A stretch of 64,000 bases of DNA from an uncultured Planctomycetales bacterium (GTDB taxonomy: Bacteria; Omnitrophota; Gorgyraeia; Zapsychrales; JANLHA01): contig CAYVEC010000002.1 of NCBI GenBank assembly GCA_964450385.1, forward strand, positions 65,262 through 129,261. Reading direction: 5' to 3'. A program made the position numbers and the translations under genes. The notes below the pieces were generated by a model. The model ran no database searches, was not told where the DNA came from, and saw nothing but the letters and a program-made list of their open reading frames with translations. Below are positions 19,520-29,390 of the stretch, in pieces. Position 1 is the stretch's first letter; each line of letters starts with the position of its first letter.

Positions 19520-20857
19520 TTATTTTGGGAGACCTTCTGACTGCCCGTCCGCACAATCGCGCCCTGAATCAACGGGCACCTCTCTGCCCATGCTCTCGAA
19601 GATCGCATGCGCCTCAGCGATCCGCCCCAATCTCAACAAGGCCTCGGCCTGCGTCAAACGATACACCGACCGGCCAGGAACATAGACCAATGCCTGATTA
19701 ATCGCGTCAAGCCCCCGGTCAAAATCCCCCTCTTCGTCCATATAGTACCAGGCGAGTTCATAGAGCGCCTCGGGATTCTGCGGACGCTCTTCGAGGCTCT
19801 TCTCTAAAAGCCGCTTGGCCTCACAGGGGCCCAGGTCTTCCGCACGATAGAGATACTCCGCATACGAGGGATTAAACACCCCCAAGAGGATGACCGGGAC
19901 CACGACCATCGTGGCATTAAAAAAATAATGGGCGATCACGCTCGGCCATACCGATCCGCTCCAGGCGCGGAACAGCGTCAAGACCATCCCCAAGACCAGG
20001 ATGATAACGACGGCGAGCGGGTCTCCGGCATATTGATCAAGGTGCATCCCCGTAAAGATCAACGCGCTCATGAGCACCGCGATCCCCCGTCCCTTGATCT
20101 GATCAATCACGTAATAAAAATAGCCTCTAAAAAAGATCTCTTCCAAAAGCGGAGCGACTCCGACAGCAACAAATAAAAACATCATGGCCATGCCCGATGA
20201 GTCGGCCATGTCGAGGAACTCGCTGAATGGCGTCGCCGGCTGGACTTGACGAAAAAAGAGCAGTGTTGAAGCAACGAGGGCCAGTCCCGCGCCCGCGAAG
20301 GCAGCCGCAGACCACGTCATAAGGCGCTGATGCCGATGACACACGGTCAGCCCCAAGAGCTCTTTAAGGTCCAATCCTGGGAACCGGCGAGCGCCTATAA
20401 CGATGAGGCCCATCATCAACAGCCCGCCGAAAAACGAAAGGAGCAGGATCCAGAAGACCAGCGGCATCGCGTGCCCCCACCCGGACTTCGCGGCCCGAAG
20501 GATCACCGACACGGCAATCATACCTACAAACCACTGGAAAATAACACCGATAGCCTCAATCCCGAGGACAAAACGGTACGACGGGCTGGCCGGGGCATAA
20601 TGTCCCCGCTCCGCAAACACACACATCGCCTTCCTCCGACGGAGGACATGTGCGGCCGCGACCAGGGCGAGCGCCAGGACAGCCGCGCCGTCGAACCCGT
20701 CGATCTGGGCAGCAAGGACAACTGATATCACCGCGAGCGCCCCGGTCAAGAGAAAGTGGAATGAAAAGACCTCGCGAAAAACATCACGTCCGACCTTTTT
20801 GATCAACAAGAAATCACTAAACAAGAGAACGGGCAAGATAACAAATGCGGTATCCAT
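19520..20857 (-). CDS. CPBP-family intramembrane metalloprotease (CAAX protease/Abi) with C-terminal TPR-like region
   Basis: EEIFFRGY ... FTGMHL motifs of CPBP, in a multi-TM protein. Confidence 0.7.
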   Translation of the reverse strand: MDTAFVILPVLLFSDFLLIKKVGRDVFREVFSFHFLLTGALAVISVVLAAQIDGFDGAAVLALALVAAAHVLRRRKAMCVFAERGHYAPASPSYRFVLGIEAIGVIFQWFVGMIAVSVILRAAKSGWGHAMPLVFWILLLSFFGGLLMMGLIVIGARRFPGLDLKELLGLTVCHRHQRLMTWSAAAFAGAGLALVASTLLFFRQVQPATPFSEFLDMADSSGMAMMFLFVAVGVAPLLEEIFFRGYFYYVIDQIKGRGIAVLMSALIFTGMHLDQYAGDPLAVVIILVLGMVLTLFRAWSGSVWPSVIAHYFFNATMVVVPVILLGVFNPSYAEYLYRAEDLGPCEAKRLLEKSLEERPQNPEALYELAWYYMDEEGDFDRGLDAINQALVYVPGRSVYRLTQAEALLRLGRIAEAHAIFESMGREVPVDSGRDCADGQSEGLPK

Positions 20858-20882
20858 GCTGTTCGAATTCCCCCGACGCCTC

Positions 20883-21323
20883 CTACGGCACCAATGATTG
20901 GACCCACTGATTCCCCGAAGATCCCTTCGCCGAAACAGAGATCACCCGATGAAGAGACCCGTCTTGATTGTAGAGCCTCACCTCACCGCTCGCCTTGGTC
21001 CAAACGGCCTCAAGAGGCCCCTCACGATAATATTGACGCCTCACGATCATCTGGCCATCACGGAAGATCGCATCCCTGAACAACGGCCCATGACGATAAA
21101 AAACCTTCTTCCGCACAAGCGAACCCTCTTTATACCACCATATCCGCCGAACATGACCATTGCTGTAATATTCGCGCTGCGCCCCGTTCAGCGGCCGCTC
21201 CTTGGCCCATGACGGAAACGGCATCACGACAAGCCCCCACACAGAGACCACGGCCACCCACAGCACAAGACCTCGGATCCTCATCGGCTGTTCTCCTTTA
21301 ATCATCCATGCCACCTGTCCCAA
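20883..21323 (-). CDS. MORN-repeat exported protein (YwqK-like)
   Basis: N-terminal signal/TM. Repeated YYxNGxxxxxxxYKEG-like units. Confidence 0.45.
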   Translation of the reverse strand: MGQVAWMIKGEQPMRIRGLVLWVAVVSVWGLVVMPFPSWAKERPLNGAQREYYSNGHVRRIWWYKEGSLVRKKVFYRHGPLFRDAIFRDGQMIVRRQYYREGPLEAVWTKASGEVRLYNQDGSLHRVISVSAKGSSGNQWVQSLVP

Positions 21324-22038
21324 AAAGACGCTGGATTATTGTAACACCCTTTGCCTGATCCATAAAGAACGGACTTGTGGCAATCGTCACGAGTCTCGCC
21401 TCCTTGAGCAAATCCCGGATCACCCGCATCTTTTTCGCCTCATCGATATATTCCATCGGCAGCGAAAAGATGTCGAGATCGATATCCACGGCTGCGGCCG
21501 GAGCGACCGTCCGGTCAAAGGCCGATGAGGAATCAATAAAAACCACCTCGGAAAAGAGGCCGTTCTTAAGGGCCGGCGGGATAAAATTGCCGACGTTGAG
21601 TTCCTCATTCACATACCTAAAGACCTCGGCCCACGAAGCCCCCGGCCCCGCAAGATCGATCCCGCGCGCCGGGACCCTGGTATCTTTATGCTGATCCACA
21701 TGAATCAGGCGGCCTCCAGGCTCAATGACCCCGATCCTCACCCCCCAAAACCAGAACATAAAAGCATGCTGATGATTATCAAAAACAAAGACATGCTGGC
21801 CCTGCCGCTCCCAATAAACAAAACGGGCAAGACCCACACAGGGGCGCTCGGCCCCGTCATCAATGTCATCAAACACGATCTCATGTCCAACGGCCGTGTC
21901 CTTCCAGGTCCCTCTCACCAAAGGCGCCACATACAGCGACCGGTGCTGCCGCCGCTCATAGGAAAAGGCATTGTTGCCTTTCGGTTCTGTAATAAAAAAC
22001 CCCCGATAGAGGTCCTGCAGCGAGCAGATATCAGCCAT
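21298..22038 (-). CDS. UPF0489-family protein (start chosen at MADICS)
   Basis: VFDNHQHAFMFW and a C-terminal DIDLDIF, compared from memory with the UPF0489 (C5orf22-like) family. Confidence 0.4.
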   Translation of the reverse strand: MADICSLQDLYRGFFITEPKGNNAFSYERRQHRSLYVAPLVRGTWKDTAVGHEIVFDDIDDGAERPCVGLARFVYWERQGQHVFVFDNHQHAFMFWFWGVRIGVIEPGGRLIHVDQHKDTRVPARGIDLAGPGASWAEVFRYVNEELNVGNFIPPALKNGLFSEVVFIDSSSAFDRTVAPAAAVDIDLDIFSLPMEYIDEAKKMRVIRDLLKEARLVTIATSPFFMDQAKGVTIIQRLFGTGGMDD

Positions 22039-22582
22039 TGCCCGCCCCTCCGCCGAGGGATCGCAAAAAAAGGCCGCGCGCCTCATCGACAAGGCGCCGC
22101 GGTGACGTCCCCTGCGCAAAGACATGCACACTCTCAAGTGATGACACGACCGGCCCCTGACAGCGGTCATCGAGCACGAACATCGGGATGTGACGAGCGA
22201 TCGTGTCCTGCCGAAGCCGTTCGATAGCCATGAGGCTCCCTCCTTCGACCGATGACCAGTTCACAATGATGAGATCCGGGACTCGGCGTTCGACAATCGG
22301 AACGACATCCCTCCAACCATCAACGCCCACAGCCGCATACCCGGCAATAAAAAATTCATACAGCACCGCCTCGCGCTCCCTCCCCGACATGAGGACGAGC
22401 ACCGTCCTTTTCCTGAGCGTCTCGAGCCGGCGCTCCATCTCCTCAAGGAGATCGCTCGCGGTCTGGGGCGCGACCCCGAGATTCAAAAGTTTGTCAATGA
22501 TATCCGATTTAAACAACCCCGCGGTGACCTGTTCCGCGACAAAGGCATAGAGCTTGTTGATATCCTGATCCGAATTCTCCAC
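22031..22582 (-). CDS. CheY-like pseudo-receiver domain protein
   Basis: (beta/alpha)5 receiver-like pattern (TVLVLMSG...DLIIVNW...MFVLDD). The expected phospho-acceptor Asp appears to be replaced by Asn. Confidence 0.4.
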   Translation of the reverse strand: MENSDQDINKLYAFVAEQVTAGLFKSDIIDKLLNLGVAPQTASDLLEEMERRLETLRKRTVLVLMSGREREAVLYEFFIAGYAAVGVDGWRDVVPIVERRVPDLIIVNWSSVEGGSLMAIERLRQDTIARHIPMFVLDDRCQGPVVSSLESVHVFAQGTSPRRLVDEARGLFLRSLGGGAGNG

Positions 22583-22653
22583 CGCCTCACCCCGTTCTCA
22601 TGGCCAGCCGAAACGCCAAAAGAGGCCTTTTGTTTCTTCGATTTTCCGATATA

Positions 22654-23331
22654 ATGAAACAAACTGATAACATAATGCCCATGACGTCACGACCCATTCT
22701 TATCTTCGATTTCGATGGCACGATCGCCGACACACATCAATATATCGTGGACGTCAGCAACCGCCTGGCCCTCGAATTCAATTATAACCAGATCTCTGAC
22801 GAAGACTCTGTGCTCCTCAAGGATTTTTCAGTGCAAGAGGTCATCCGCCACCTCGAGGTTCCCCTGCTTAAGATCCCCGCCATCATCGCGCGGGCCAAAA
22901 AAGAATTCTATCAGGACATCCAGTCGATCCACCCGATCAAGGGCCTTCAAGAAGCCCTCGACGCCCTCAAGGCACGGGGAGTTGTGATCGGGATCCTTTC
23001 ATCAAACGCGGCCGAGAATATCCACGCCTTTCTCCAGCGCCACGGGATCGACCATTTTGATTTCATCCATTCCACATCAAAGATCTGGGGAAAAGACATC
23101 TCGATCAAAGGACTCATCGCCGAGCACCATCTCAACCGCGATGACGTCATTTATATCGGTGACGAGATCCGAGATATCGCGGCGGCCCGCAAGGCCGGCG
23201 TGCGCGTCGCCGCCGTGACCTGGGGCTACAACTCCGCCCAGGCCCTTCAAAAAGAAGGCCCCGATGCCCTGCTCCATTTCCCCCATGAGCTTGTCAGCTT
23301 CTGCCATTCTCTTCAAGCCCCGCTCCGTTAA
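22654..23331 (+). CDS. HAD-superfamily hydrolase (phosphoglycolate phosphatase-like, subfamily IA)
   Basis: Motif I LIFDFDGTIAD and motif IV GDEIRDIAAARKAG. Confidence 0.7.
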   Translation: MKQTDNIMPMTSRPILIFDFDGTIADTHQYIVDVSNRLALEFNYNQISDEDSVLLKDFSVQEVIRHLEVPLLKIPAIIARAKKEFYQDIQSIHPIKGLQEALDALKARGVVIGILSSNAAENIHAFLQRHGIDHFDFIHSTSKIWGKDISIKGLIAEHHLNRDDVIYIGDEIRDIAAARKAGVRVAAVTWGYNSAQALQKEGPDALLHFPHELVSFCHSLQAPLR

Positions 23332-23339
23332 GCGCCGGC

Positions 23340-24245
23340 CTACTCATCTTCAGACGCGATGCTGACCGACTTCGGAATAAGCCGCGATCGGAGAAGATCA
23401 TAATTTTTTTCGCTTGAAACGATATGATACGTTTTAAGCCGCCACGAACCCGGACGCTGCTCAAAGGCCTCGGCATCAAGCCGGTCCAGGACCCGGCCGG
23501 AGTCCATGTCCCTCATCGACAATCCCGCCTGATGAATGATCGGCCACCCCCCGCCGAAATCCCAGAGATTCGAGCGGTCCAGACAGCCGCAGGCGCGTCC
23601 CAGGGACGGCCAGGCAAGATTAATGACCGCACACGCGGTAACCAAAAACCGACAATCCTGATACCGCCAGTCATGGGTCCGAAAAAAATTATCAGACAAT
23701 AAGAACAACGACCGGCTCGAGATCTCCTGATCGACCGGGACGATCCGGTGTTCCCGGCAATTCGGGCCGAACGGGTCCTGGACATAGAAGGCACTCTCCC
23801 CATCGGCATATAGGAGCTCATTAAGGACCGGAAAAAAGATCATCCCAAGCCATGGCCTGCGGTCCTTTAAAAGTCCCACGGAAATCCCATAAAGCGGGAT
23901 ACGATTAGCATACAAACGGGTCCCATCGACAGGGTCAACGGTCCAGAGATACGGAGCATGGGCCCATTCGGTCTGACGATCATGGACCCCCTTCGTGATC
24001 GCCTCCTCATCGACGAGAAGATGCCGACGGGTATCGAGCAGCGCGGCGAGCCTTTCATGAGCGATCTTGGAGATCGCGTAGTCCGCGCGGGTAACGACTG
24101 AGTCATCGGGCTTGAGCCCGGGCTGAGCGTCCCCGATCATCTGACAGGAGACCACCCCAGCCTCCCTGACGAGATCCCACATAACGTCTAAAAAATCACA
24201 TGCCCTGTCATTCATCGCCTTCTCCTTAACGTTCAAGCCATTCAT
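23340..24245 (-). CDS. Inositol monophosphatase / CysQ-family phosphatase
   Basis: WTVDPVDGT motif and an upstream metal-binding DEEA/E motif. Confidence 0.6.
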   Translation of the reverse strand: MNGLNVKEKAMNDRACDFLDVMWDLVREAGVVSCQMIGDAQPGLKPDDSVVTRADYAISKIAHERLAALLDTRRHLLVDEEAITKGVHDRQTEWAHAPYLWTVDPVDGTRLYANRIPLYGISVGLLKDRRPWLGMIFFPVLNELLYADGESAFYVQDPFGPNCREHRIVPVDQEISSRSLFLLSDNFFRTHDWRYQDCRFLVTACAVINLAWPSLGRACGCLDRSNLWDFGGGWPIIHQAGLSMRDMDSGRVLDRLDAEAFEQRPGSWRLKTYHIVSSEKNYDLLRSRLIPKSVSIASEDE

Positions 24246-25249
24246 CGGCTCAATGTCATGACCTCCCGCTCGGTGAGCGTCCTCGCCGCCGAGGCCTCGG
24301 CCTCTTTAAAAGGCCACCGCCGAACAACGATCTCCTGCGCAACAAGCGCCCGGGCCTTTGAAAAATATTGGGCGAGCCCTCCAGCGGTCGCGATCTCATC
24401 GGCCCCGACGCTCGGTCCGCGGGCCAAGACCATCGGCCCATTGACCCCGACCAACTCAACGAGATAATCCCCTTCCCGCGCGTGCGCGACCAAGGCCTTG
24501 TTATCCATCTGATCACGGCCGGCAACCGCGATACAGCCCTCGCTCACGCGAAAATACCGGCCGCAATTTAAGATATCCATGTCCCGGGCCTCGCGGTACG
24601 GAAAGGCCAAAAAGTCCCTGACCCGCGGCGCGAAATTCACCTGTGTCAAGACGCACCCGCCCGCCGGCGCTTCATAACCCTCGATCCCCCACTCCTCGGC
24701 AAGGGCCATCTGAATTTTTCGTGACCGACCCGCGACGCGCAACAGCCGTGTCCGATCGACAAGCCCCTCCTTTTCAGGAATCGTCACGGGCAAGAAAAGG
24801 GCCGAGAGCGGCCGGACCACACGCCCCTCAAAGGCCATTCCCTCTTCCATAAGACGAAAGCTCTCTTTGCGCTGAGAGAACGGGCGCTGGCCCAGAACGT
24901 CCCCTGTAACGATAAAATCAGCCCCGATCCGCTGGCGGCGCGCCTCAGCCGTCATCAGCATGAACCGATGACAGTCCATACACGGATTAATCGCCCGGCC
25001 ATAACCATACTGCGGATGCCGGACGACCTCAAGATAATCATCACCGAGCCTCTCGACGACCATTGGGATCCCGATCGTCTTCGCAAGACGCTCACACCGT
25101 TTAAGATTCCCGTCGCCCCAGGGCATTGCGCAATAAAGCCCATGGACCTCGATCCCTTGGTCACGCATCAGCCGGATCGCAATGGCACTGTCAAGCCCTC
25201 CGCTAAAGAGCGCGACGGCCTTCGTTGTTTTTTTTTCCTCAACCATCAT
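24242..25249 (-). CDS. PP-loop ATP pyrophosphatase, ThiI/tRNA sulfurtransferase-like (start chosen at MMVEEKK)
   Basis: SGGLDS PP-loop and a ThiI-like TGDVLGQ motif. Confidence 0.45.
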   Translation of the reverse strand: MMVEEKKTTKAVALFSGGLDSAIAIRLMRDQGIEVHGLYCAMPWGDGNLKRCERLAKTIGIPMVVERLGDDYLEVVRHPQYGYGRAINPCMDCHRFMLMTAEARRQRIGADFIVTGDVLGQRPFSQRKESFRLMEEGMAFEGRVVRPLSALFLPVTIPEKEGLVDRTRLLRVAGRSRKIQMALAEEWGIEGYEAPAGGCVLTQVNFAPRVRDFLAFPYREARDMDILNCGRYFRVSEGCIAVAGRDQMDNKALVAHAREGDYLVELVGVNGPMVLARGPSVGADEIATAGGLAQYFSKARALVAQEIVVRRWPFKEAEASAARTLTEREVMTLSR

Positions 25250-26192
25250 CAACCATCCTGCGAAATCGTGCGATAAAGAATCCGTCAAAAAGCCCGCTCG
25301 GCAAAATCCGCGAACACTCCTCGACCCTCGGATCAAATCCCCGGCCCCGCCATTCAAAGACCGCCGGATATCGCGGGACATCGTCCGACCACGGAATCAC
25401 CTCAAGCTGAAACGCGCCACCGGTCTTCCGCAAAAACCAGTCGATCACCCCTTCATTCTCCTCCGGGGCAAAGGTGCACGTCGAATACACCAGCACCCCA
25501 CCCGGCCGGACCGCGCGACCGGCCGTCAACAACAACCCCCGTTGTTTCACGACCATCTCCGCGATCTTTCGTTCACTCCAATATTGAAGACTCTTTTTAT
25601 CTGCTGTTCGAAACCGGCCCTCAGAACTGCACGGGGCATCAACCAAGACTCGGTCATAGGGTTCCGCTGGCCGGAAACGGCGCCCGTCCGAACAGATCGG
25701 AACAACATTCTCCGCGCCCAATAGATCGATGACATATTTTAATTTATAAAATCTCGAACGCACCGTCTCGACCGCCGTCAGGTGTCCGCGATGATCCATC
25801 CGTGCGGCAATATAGGTCGTCTTGCTCCCAGGCGCAGCGCACACGTCAAGGACCCGTTCTCCCGGCGCCGGCTCAAGCGCAAGCACCGCAAGCATGCTCG
25901 AAACCGACTGCCGATACAGACATCCGGTGTTGAGAAGGTCCTGAACCAATGGTACTGCCTCATCGCCCTCAAAAAGGACCACAGCCTCACGAACCGCCGA
26001 GACAGGCTCGCCGACGACGCCCGCATCCTTAAGCCGCGCCCGCGCCTCTTCAAGACCAATCCTCAAGGTGTTAATCCGATAAACCCTCGGCGCCGGGGCA
26101 TCAAAACGCGCGGCGACCCCAGGATATAAAACCGCCGGCACGATCTGTTCAAGCCGTTCTAAAAACCGGGCCGGCAAGGGATTTATGTTCAT
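25239..26192 (-). CDS. RsmB/NOL1/NOP2/Sun-family RNA cytosine-C5 methyltransferase
   Basis: VLDVCAAPGSKT (SAM motif I) ... DRVLVDAPCSSEG (catalytic Cys motif). Confidence 0.85.
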   Translation of the reverse strand: MNINPLPARFLERLEQIVPAVLYPGVAARFDAPAPRVYRINTLRIGLEEARARLKDAGVVGEPVSAVREAVVLFEGDEAVPLVQDLLNTGCLYRQSVSSMLAVLALEPAPGERVLDVCAAPGSKTTYIAARMDHRGHLTAVETVRSRFYKLKYVIDLLGAENVVPICSDGRRFRPAEPYDRVLVDAPCSSEGRFRTADKKSLQYWSERKIAEMVVKQRGLLLTAGRAVRPGGVLVYSTCTFAPEENEGVIDWFLRKTGGAFQLEVIPWSDDVPRYPAVFEWRGRGFDPRVEECSRILPSGLFDGFFIARFRRMVDDG

Positions 26193-26213
26193 GAATGATA
26201 CTTCCAGATACGA

Positions 26214-26414
26214 TCACTTATTTCGAACCGCCTGCTGAACGGCACGCTTCAACTGCAGAATAAAGGCCTCTTTCCGATCCTTCTGTCCCTCTGCCCCTGG
26301 AGACGCAAGCGGGCTTTCAGGCGGGACCGAGTGGCCCGCAGGCTTAAGGACCCCAGCAGAAAGAAATTTTCGCTGCTTCTTGTGCCAGACGACCTCATGA
26401 CGTTTCTTATTCAT
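26214..26414 (-). CDS. Small basic hypothetical protein
   Basis: ORF only. 66 aa and K/R-rich. Confidence 0.2.
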   Translation of the reverse strand: MNKKRHEVVWHKKQRKFLSAGVLKPAGHSVPPESPLASPGAEGQKDRKEAFILQLKRAVQQAVRNK

Positions 26415-26624
26415 CTATTTCTTTGCCGTCTTACGCTGCGTTCGCGCAATCGCTTTGGTCATTCGATCAAACGCCTGGTCAGGCGTGGCGCCTTCGGTCA
26501 AATGATCCGCGCAGACCGCCGCATACCCCTGACGGTTTTTGATCTTAAACATCGTGACGGGCAAACGACCGATCTTGCGTTCCTGTGCCATGGAAGCCCC
26601 CTTTGATTGGCCGGATCCCCCCAC
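26415..26624 (-). CDS. Small hypothetical protein
   Basis: ORF only. 69 aa. Confidence 0.2.
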   Translation of the reverse strand: MGGSGQSKGASMAQERKIGRLPVTMFKIKNRQGYAAVCADHLTEGATPDQAFDRMTKAIARTQRKTAKK

Positions 26625-26849
26625 GGTGATCAGGCGTTGTTATCATAGCAATCCCGCCGGTCTCTGTCCACGATTTACCCATAAAAGTGGCCAGAGCTGG
26701 GCAGCTCTGGCCTGAGTGATGAGTACAACTGGTTGTGTGTGATGCGTATGAACTTGGGTTTCCAGGAAGGAAAAGGTGGGCTCATACGATCACCCCTAAT
26801 ATACATCGGGCGTCAAAAAATGGCAAGTTTTTTTGTCCGCCGCCCTCCC

Positions 26850-28157
26850 CTAATCCGTGATCGAGACGACCGTCTGCCAAAGATTCCCTTCAAGATCGAT
26901 CTTTTTACGCCGGCCGACCGCGACCTGAAGCGGAACATGGGTGAAATGATGGTTCCAGTGCCCGATAAAAAGATCGGTCTTCCCTGCCATGGCCGCGTGA
27001 ACCGCCCGCTGACCGAAAAAGATACAAAAAATCGAATCCGCGGCATTAGCGGGGCAGCTCCGAATCATATAACTCGGATCGATGTATTTAATCGTGACCG
27101 GAATCCGGCGGCTGGCAAAATGGGTTCGGATCCTGTCCTTAAGAAAAATCCCGATATCCGGGAACACGACATTCCCCGAGGCGTCGCGTCCAGGCTGTGT
27201 CCCCGCCATCATGTTGGCGCTGACGCCTTCGGCGACCACGATTACCGCATGGCGTTTCCGCTCAAGCCGGCGCTCGAGCCGCGCCAAAAGCCCGCCCTCG
27301 CCATCAATCGCGACCGGGGCCTCAGGGATGAGACAAAAATTCACATCGCTGTTCGCGAGCGTCGCTCCCACCGCGATAAAACCCGAATCCCGTCCCATGA
27401 GTTTAACAAGGCCGATCCCATTCCATGCGGCCCGCGCCTCTTCATGGGCGGTCTGAACAGACCGGCGCGCCTCCTCAACAGCCGTCATATATCCAAAGGT
27501 GTTCTCCGAACAGACAATATCATTATCAATCGTCTTCGGGACTCCGACGACCGCGATCTTAAGCCCGCGTTCGCGAAGGCGCTCGGACAGTTGATGAGCG
27601 CCGGCAAAGGTCCCATCCCCGCCGATCACAAAAAGCATGTTCACATGAAAATGCGTCAGGGTATCGATCATGTCATCGATATCCTGCGGGCCCCGGCTTG
27701 TCCCTAAGATCGAACCTCCCTCGTGCTGGATATCTTCGACGATCTCAGGCGTCATCCGCATCGGTTCTTCCCGGCGGCGGGATGACATCCCTTCATACCC
27801 GAAACGGAACCCCAGGATTTCCCGGACCTGATATTCAAAATGGAGGGTCAGGGTGATCGTCCGGATCACATCATTGAGGCCCGGGCAAAGCCCTCCGCAG
27901 GTCACGATCCCCGCAACGACCTTGTGAGGATCAAAAAAGATCCGCCGACGGGGACCTGCCTCTTCAAAGGCCGGCAGCGCCGCAGGCTCATTCCCGCACG
28001 CGCACATATCTGCGGAATTCGCATAGACATAGACACGATTCGTGTCTTCAATAAAGGTACGTGGGCGCTGAGACAACGGCGAATCGTGCTCGCACGGCCC
28101 CAATGTCGAGATCGTGAGGTCCCGAACCTCTTCCTGCGAGGGTCGTTTTCCTTGCAT
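26850..28157 (-). CDS. pfk: 6-phosphofructokinase (PFK-A family, PPi-dependent-like long form)
   Basis: GIVTCGGLCPGLNDVIR ... IGGDGT ... MGR motifs. Confidence 0.85.
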   Translation of the reverse strand: MQGKRPSQEEVRDLTISTLGPCEHDSPLSQRPRTFIEDTNRVYVYANSADMCACGNEPAALPAFEEAGPRRRIFFDPHKVVAGIVTCGGLCPGLNDVIRTITLTLHFEYQVREILGFRFGYEGMSSRRREEPMRMTPEIVEDIQHEGGSILGTSRGPQDIDDMIDTLTHFHVNMLFVIGGDGTFAGAHQLSERLRERGLKIAVVGVPKTIDNDIVCSENTFGYMTAVEEARRSVQTAHEEARAAWNGIGLVKLMGRDSGFIAVGATLANSDVNFCLIPEAPVAIDGEGGLLARLERRLERKRHAVIVVAEGVSANMMAGTQPGRDASGNVVFPDIGIFLKDRIRTHFASRRIPVTIKYIDPSYMIRSCPANAADSIFCIFFGQRAVHAAMAGKTDLFIGHWNHHFTHVPLQVAVGRRKKIDLEGNLWQTVVSITD

Positions 28158-28186
28158 AGGACTCCCTTCGATTGAACCGCCCTGGG

Positions 28187-29152
28187 TCAGCCGACGAGCA
28201 GGGGCTGTAATATGTTCAACAGATAGCCCATTAAAATAATATAGAGTGTCACCAGCCCGAAAAAGATCCCGATCAACTTCAGCCTCATGGCCCGGCGTAA
28301 TAAAATCGCCTCAGGCAGACTGAGCGCCGACGTCGCCATCATAAAGGCCATCGCCGTCCCGAGAGGCACCCCTTTTTGGAAGAGGACCATGGCGACCGGG
28401 ACAATCGAGGCGCAGCCTCCGTACATCGGGACCCCGATGAGGACCGACAACGGCACGGCAAAAAATCCCGTGGACTCCACAATGGACTGAATCGTCTCCC
28501 GGGGAACATAATTATGAATAACGGCTCCAATGCCAACCCCGACCAGGACCCACTTCCAGATCTTGTGAAGAATAGCAAGCGACTCGCTCACCCCAAAACG
28601 CACCCGGTCAATAAACGAACGGAATTGCGGTCCGTCGTCGGCCGCGCCCGAGGCCACCATGTCCTCTTCGAGCATAGCCTCAAGCCTCATCTTTCCGATA
28701 AGATGTCCAACCACGGCGCCGACCAAAACACCAAAGACGACATAGACGATCGTAATCTTCCAGCCAAAGTACATCAGCATGAGCACGACCAAGTACTCAT
28801 TGATAATAGGCGATGTGGCCAAAAAGGAAAAGGTGACCCCAAGGGGAACCCCTCCTTTAATAAACCCCAAAAAGATCGGGATCGAGGAACACGAACAAAA
28901 CGGCGTCACCGCGCCAAACACGGCTGCTGCGAGATTGCCAACAAAGCCCCGGCCCGCAAGCCACTTTTTCACGGTCTCCTGAGGCAGAAACGACCGGATG
29001 AACCCGATGAAGGAGATCATCACAAAAAGCAGGATAACAATCTTCGCGGAATCATAAACGAAAAAATGCGCCATCCCCGACACATGGGTATCGTGGGGAA
29101 GACGCAAAACATCATAGATGATCCAATCGGCGATCTTTAACAGCATCCGCAA
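28187..29152 (-). CDS. ArsP/DUF318-family permease (COG0701)
   Basis: Signature TPFCSCSSIPIF and a second repeat half with a ~8-10 TM topology. Confidence 0.75.
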   Translation of the reverse strand: MRMLLKIADWIIYDVLRLPHDTHVSGMAHFFVYDSAKIVILLFVMISFIGFIRSFLPQETVKKWLAGRGFVGNLAAAVFGAVTPFCSCSSIPIFLGFIKGGVPLGVTFSFLATSPIINEYLVVLMLMYFGWKITIVYVVFGVLVGAVVGHLIGKMRLEAMLEEDMVASGAADDGPQFRSFIDRVRFGVSESLAILHKIWKWVLVGVGIGAVIHNYVPRETIQSIVESTGFFAVPLSVLIGVPMYGGCASIVPVAMVLFQKGVPLGTAMAFMMATSALSLPEAILLRRAMRLKLIGIFFGLVTLYIILMGYLLNILQPLLVG

Positions 29153-29307
29153 TCCCTCTCATCAGATTGTTTTTTCTGCGGTTCTTGTTTTGGCCCGCAG
29201 CAGCAGGACGACTCATCGGCCTGTTGTTTCATTTTTTTATCCAACTTCTCCATGAAGTTTCCCCAAAAACCTTTTTTTGAACCGCCTCCGCAACATTGGT
29301 CTCCCAT
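29137..29307 (-). CDS. Unannotated 56-aa cysteine-rich mini-protein (MGDQCCGGGSKKGFWGNFMEKLDKKMKQQADESSCCCGPKQEPQKKQSDERDCGCC), translationally coupled to the permease
   Basis: Translated by hand from the minus strand. SD-like GGAGAGG lies ~6 nt before the ATG. The stop overlaps the permease start by ~16 nt. The peptide has 9 Cys in 56 aa. It is below the 60-aa cutoff of the ORF track. Confidence 0.5.
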   Translation of the reverse strand: MGDQCCGGGSKKGFWGNFMEKLDKKMKQQADESSCCCGPKQEPQKKQSDERDCGCC

Positions 29308-29390
29308 AACCCTCTCCTTTTAATCTTTAATGATCCATGAATGAATGCTCATCCATTAGTCTGACGAAGACCCAAAACCTTTCATCGTCG

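Noticed and set aside
26689-26712. Perfect 11-bp-stem hairpin GGCCAGAGCTG-GG-CAGCTCTGGCC between the PFK gene and a small ORF
   Set aside because: It is most simply a transcription terminator or attenuator for the pfk transcript (a weak T-tract follows on the minus strand). Nothing suggests a mobile-element end or an RNA gene.
26733-27707. 324-aa plus-strand ORF and many other long ORFs antisense to annotated genes (e.g. 1831..2190, 3077..3694, 7359..8090, 8775..9446, 28376..29140, 49001..49744, 49854..50588, 62278..63201)
   Set aside because: All lie inside better-supported minus-strand genes that have clear family motifs. Their translations are Arg/Pro/His-rich low-complexity, as expected from antisense reading of GC-rich coding DNA.
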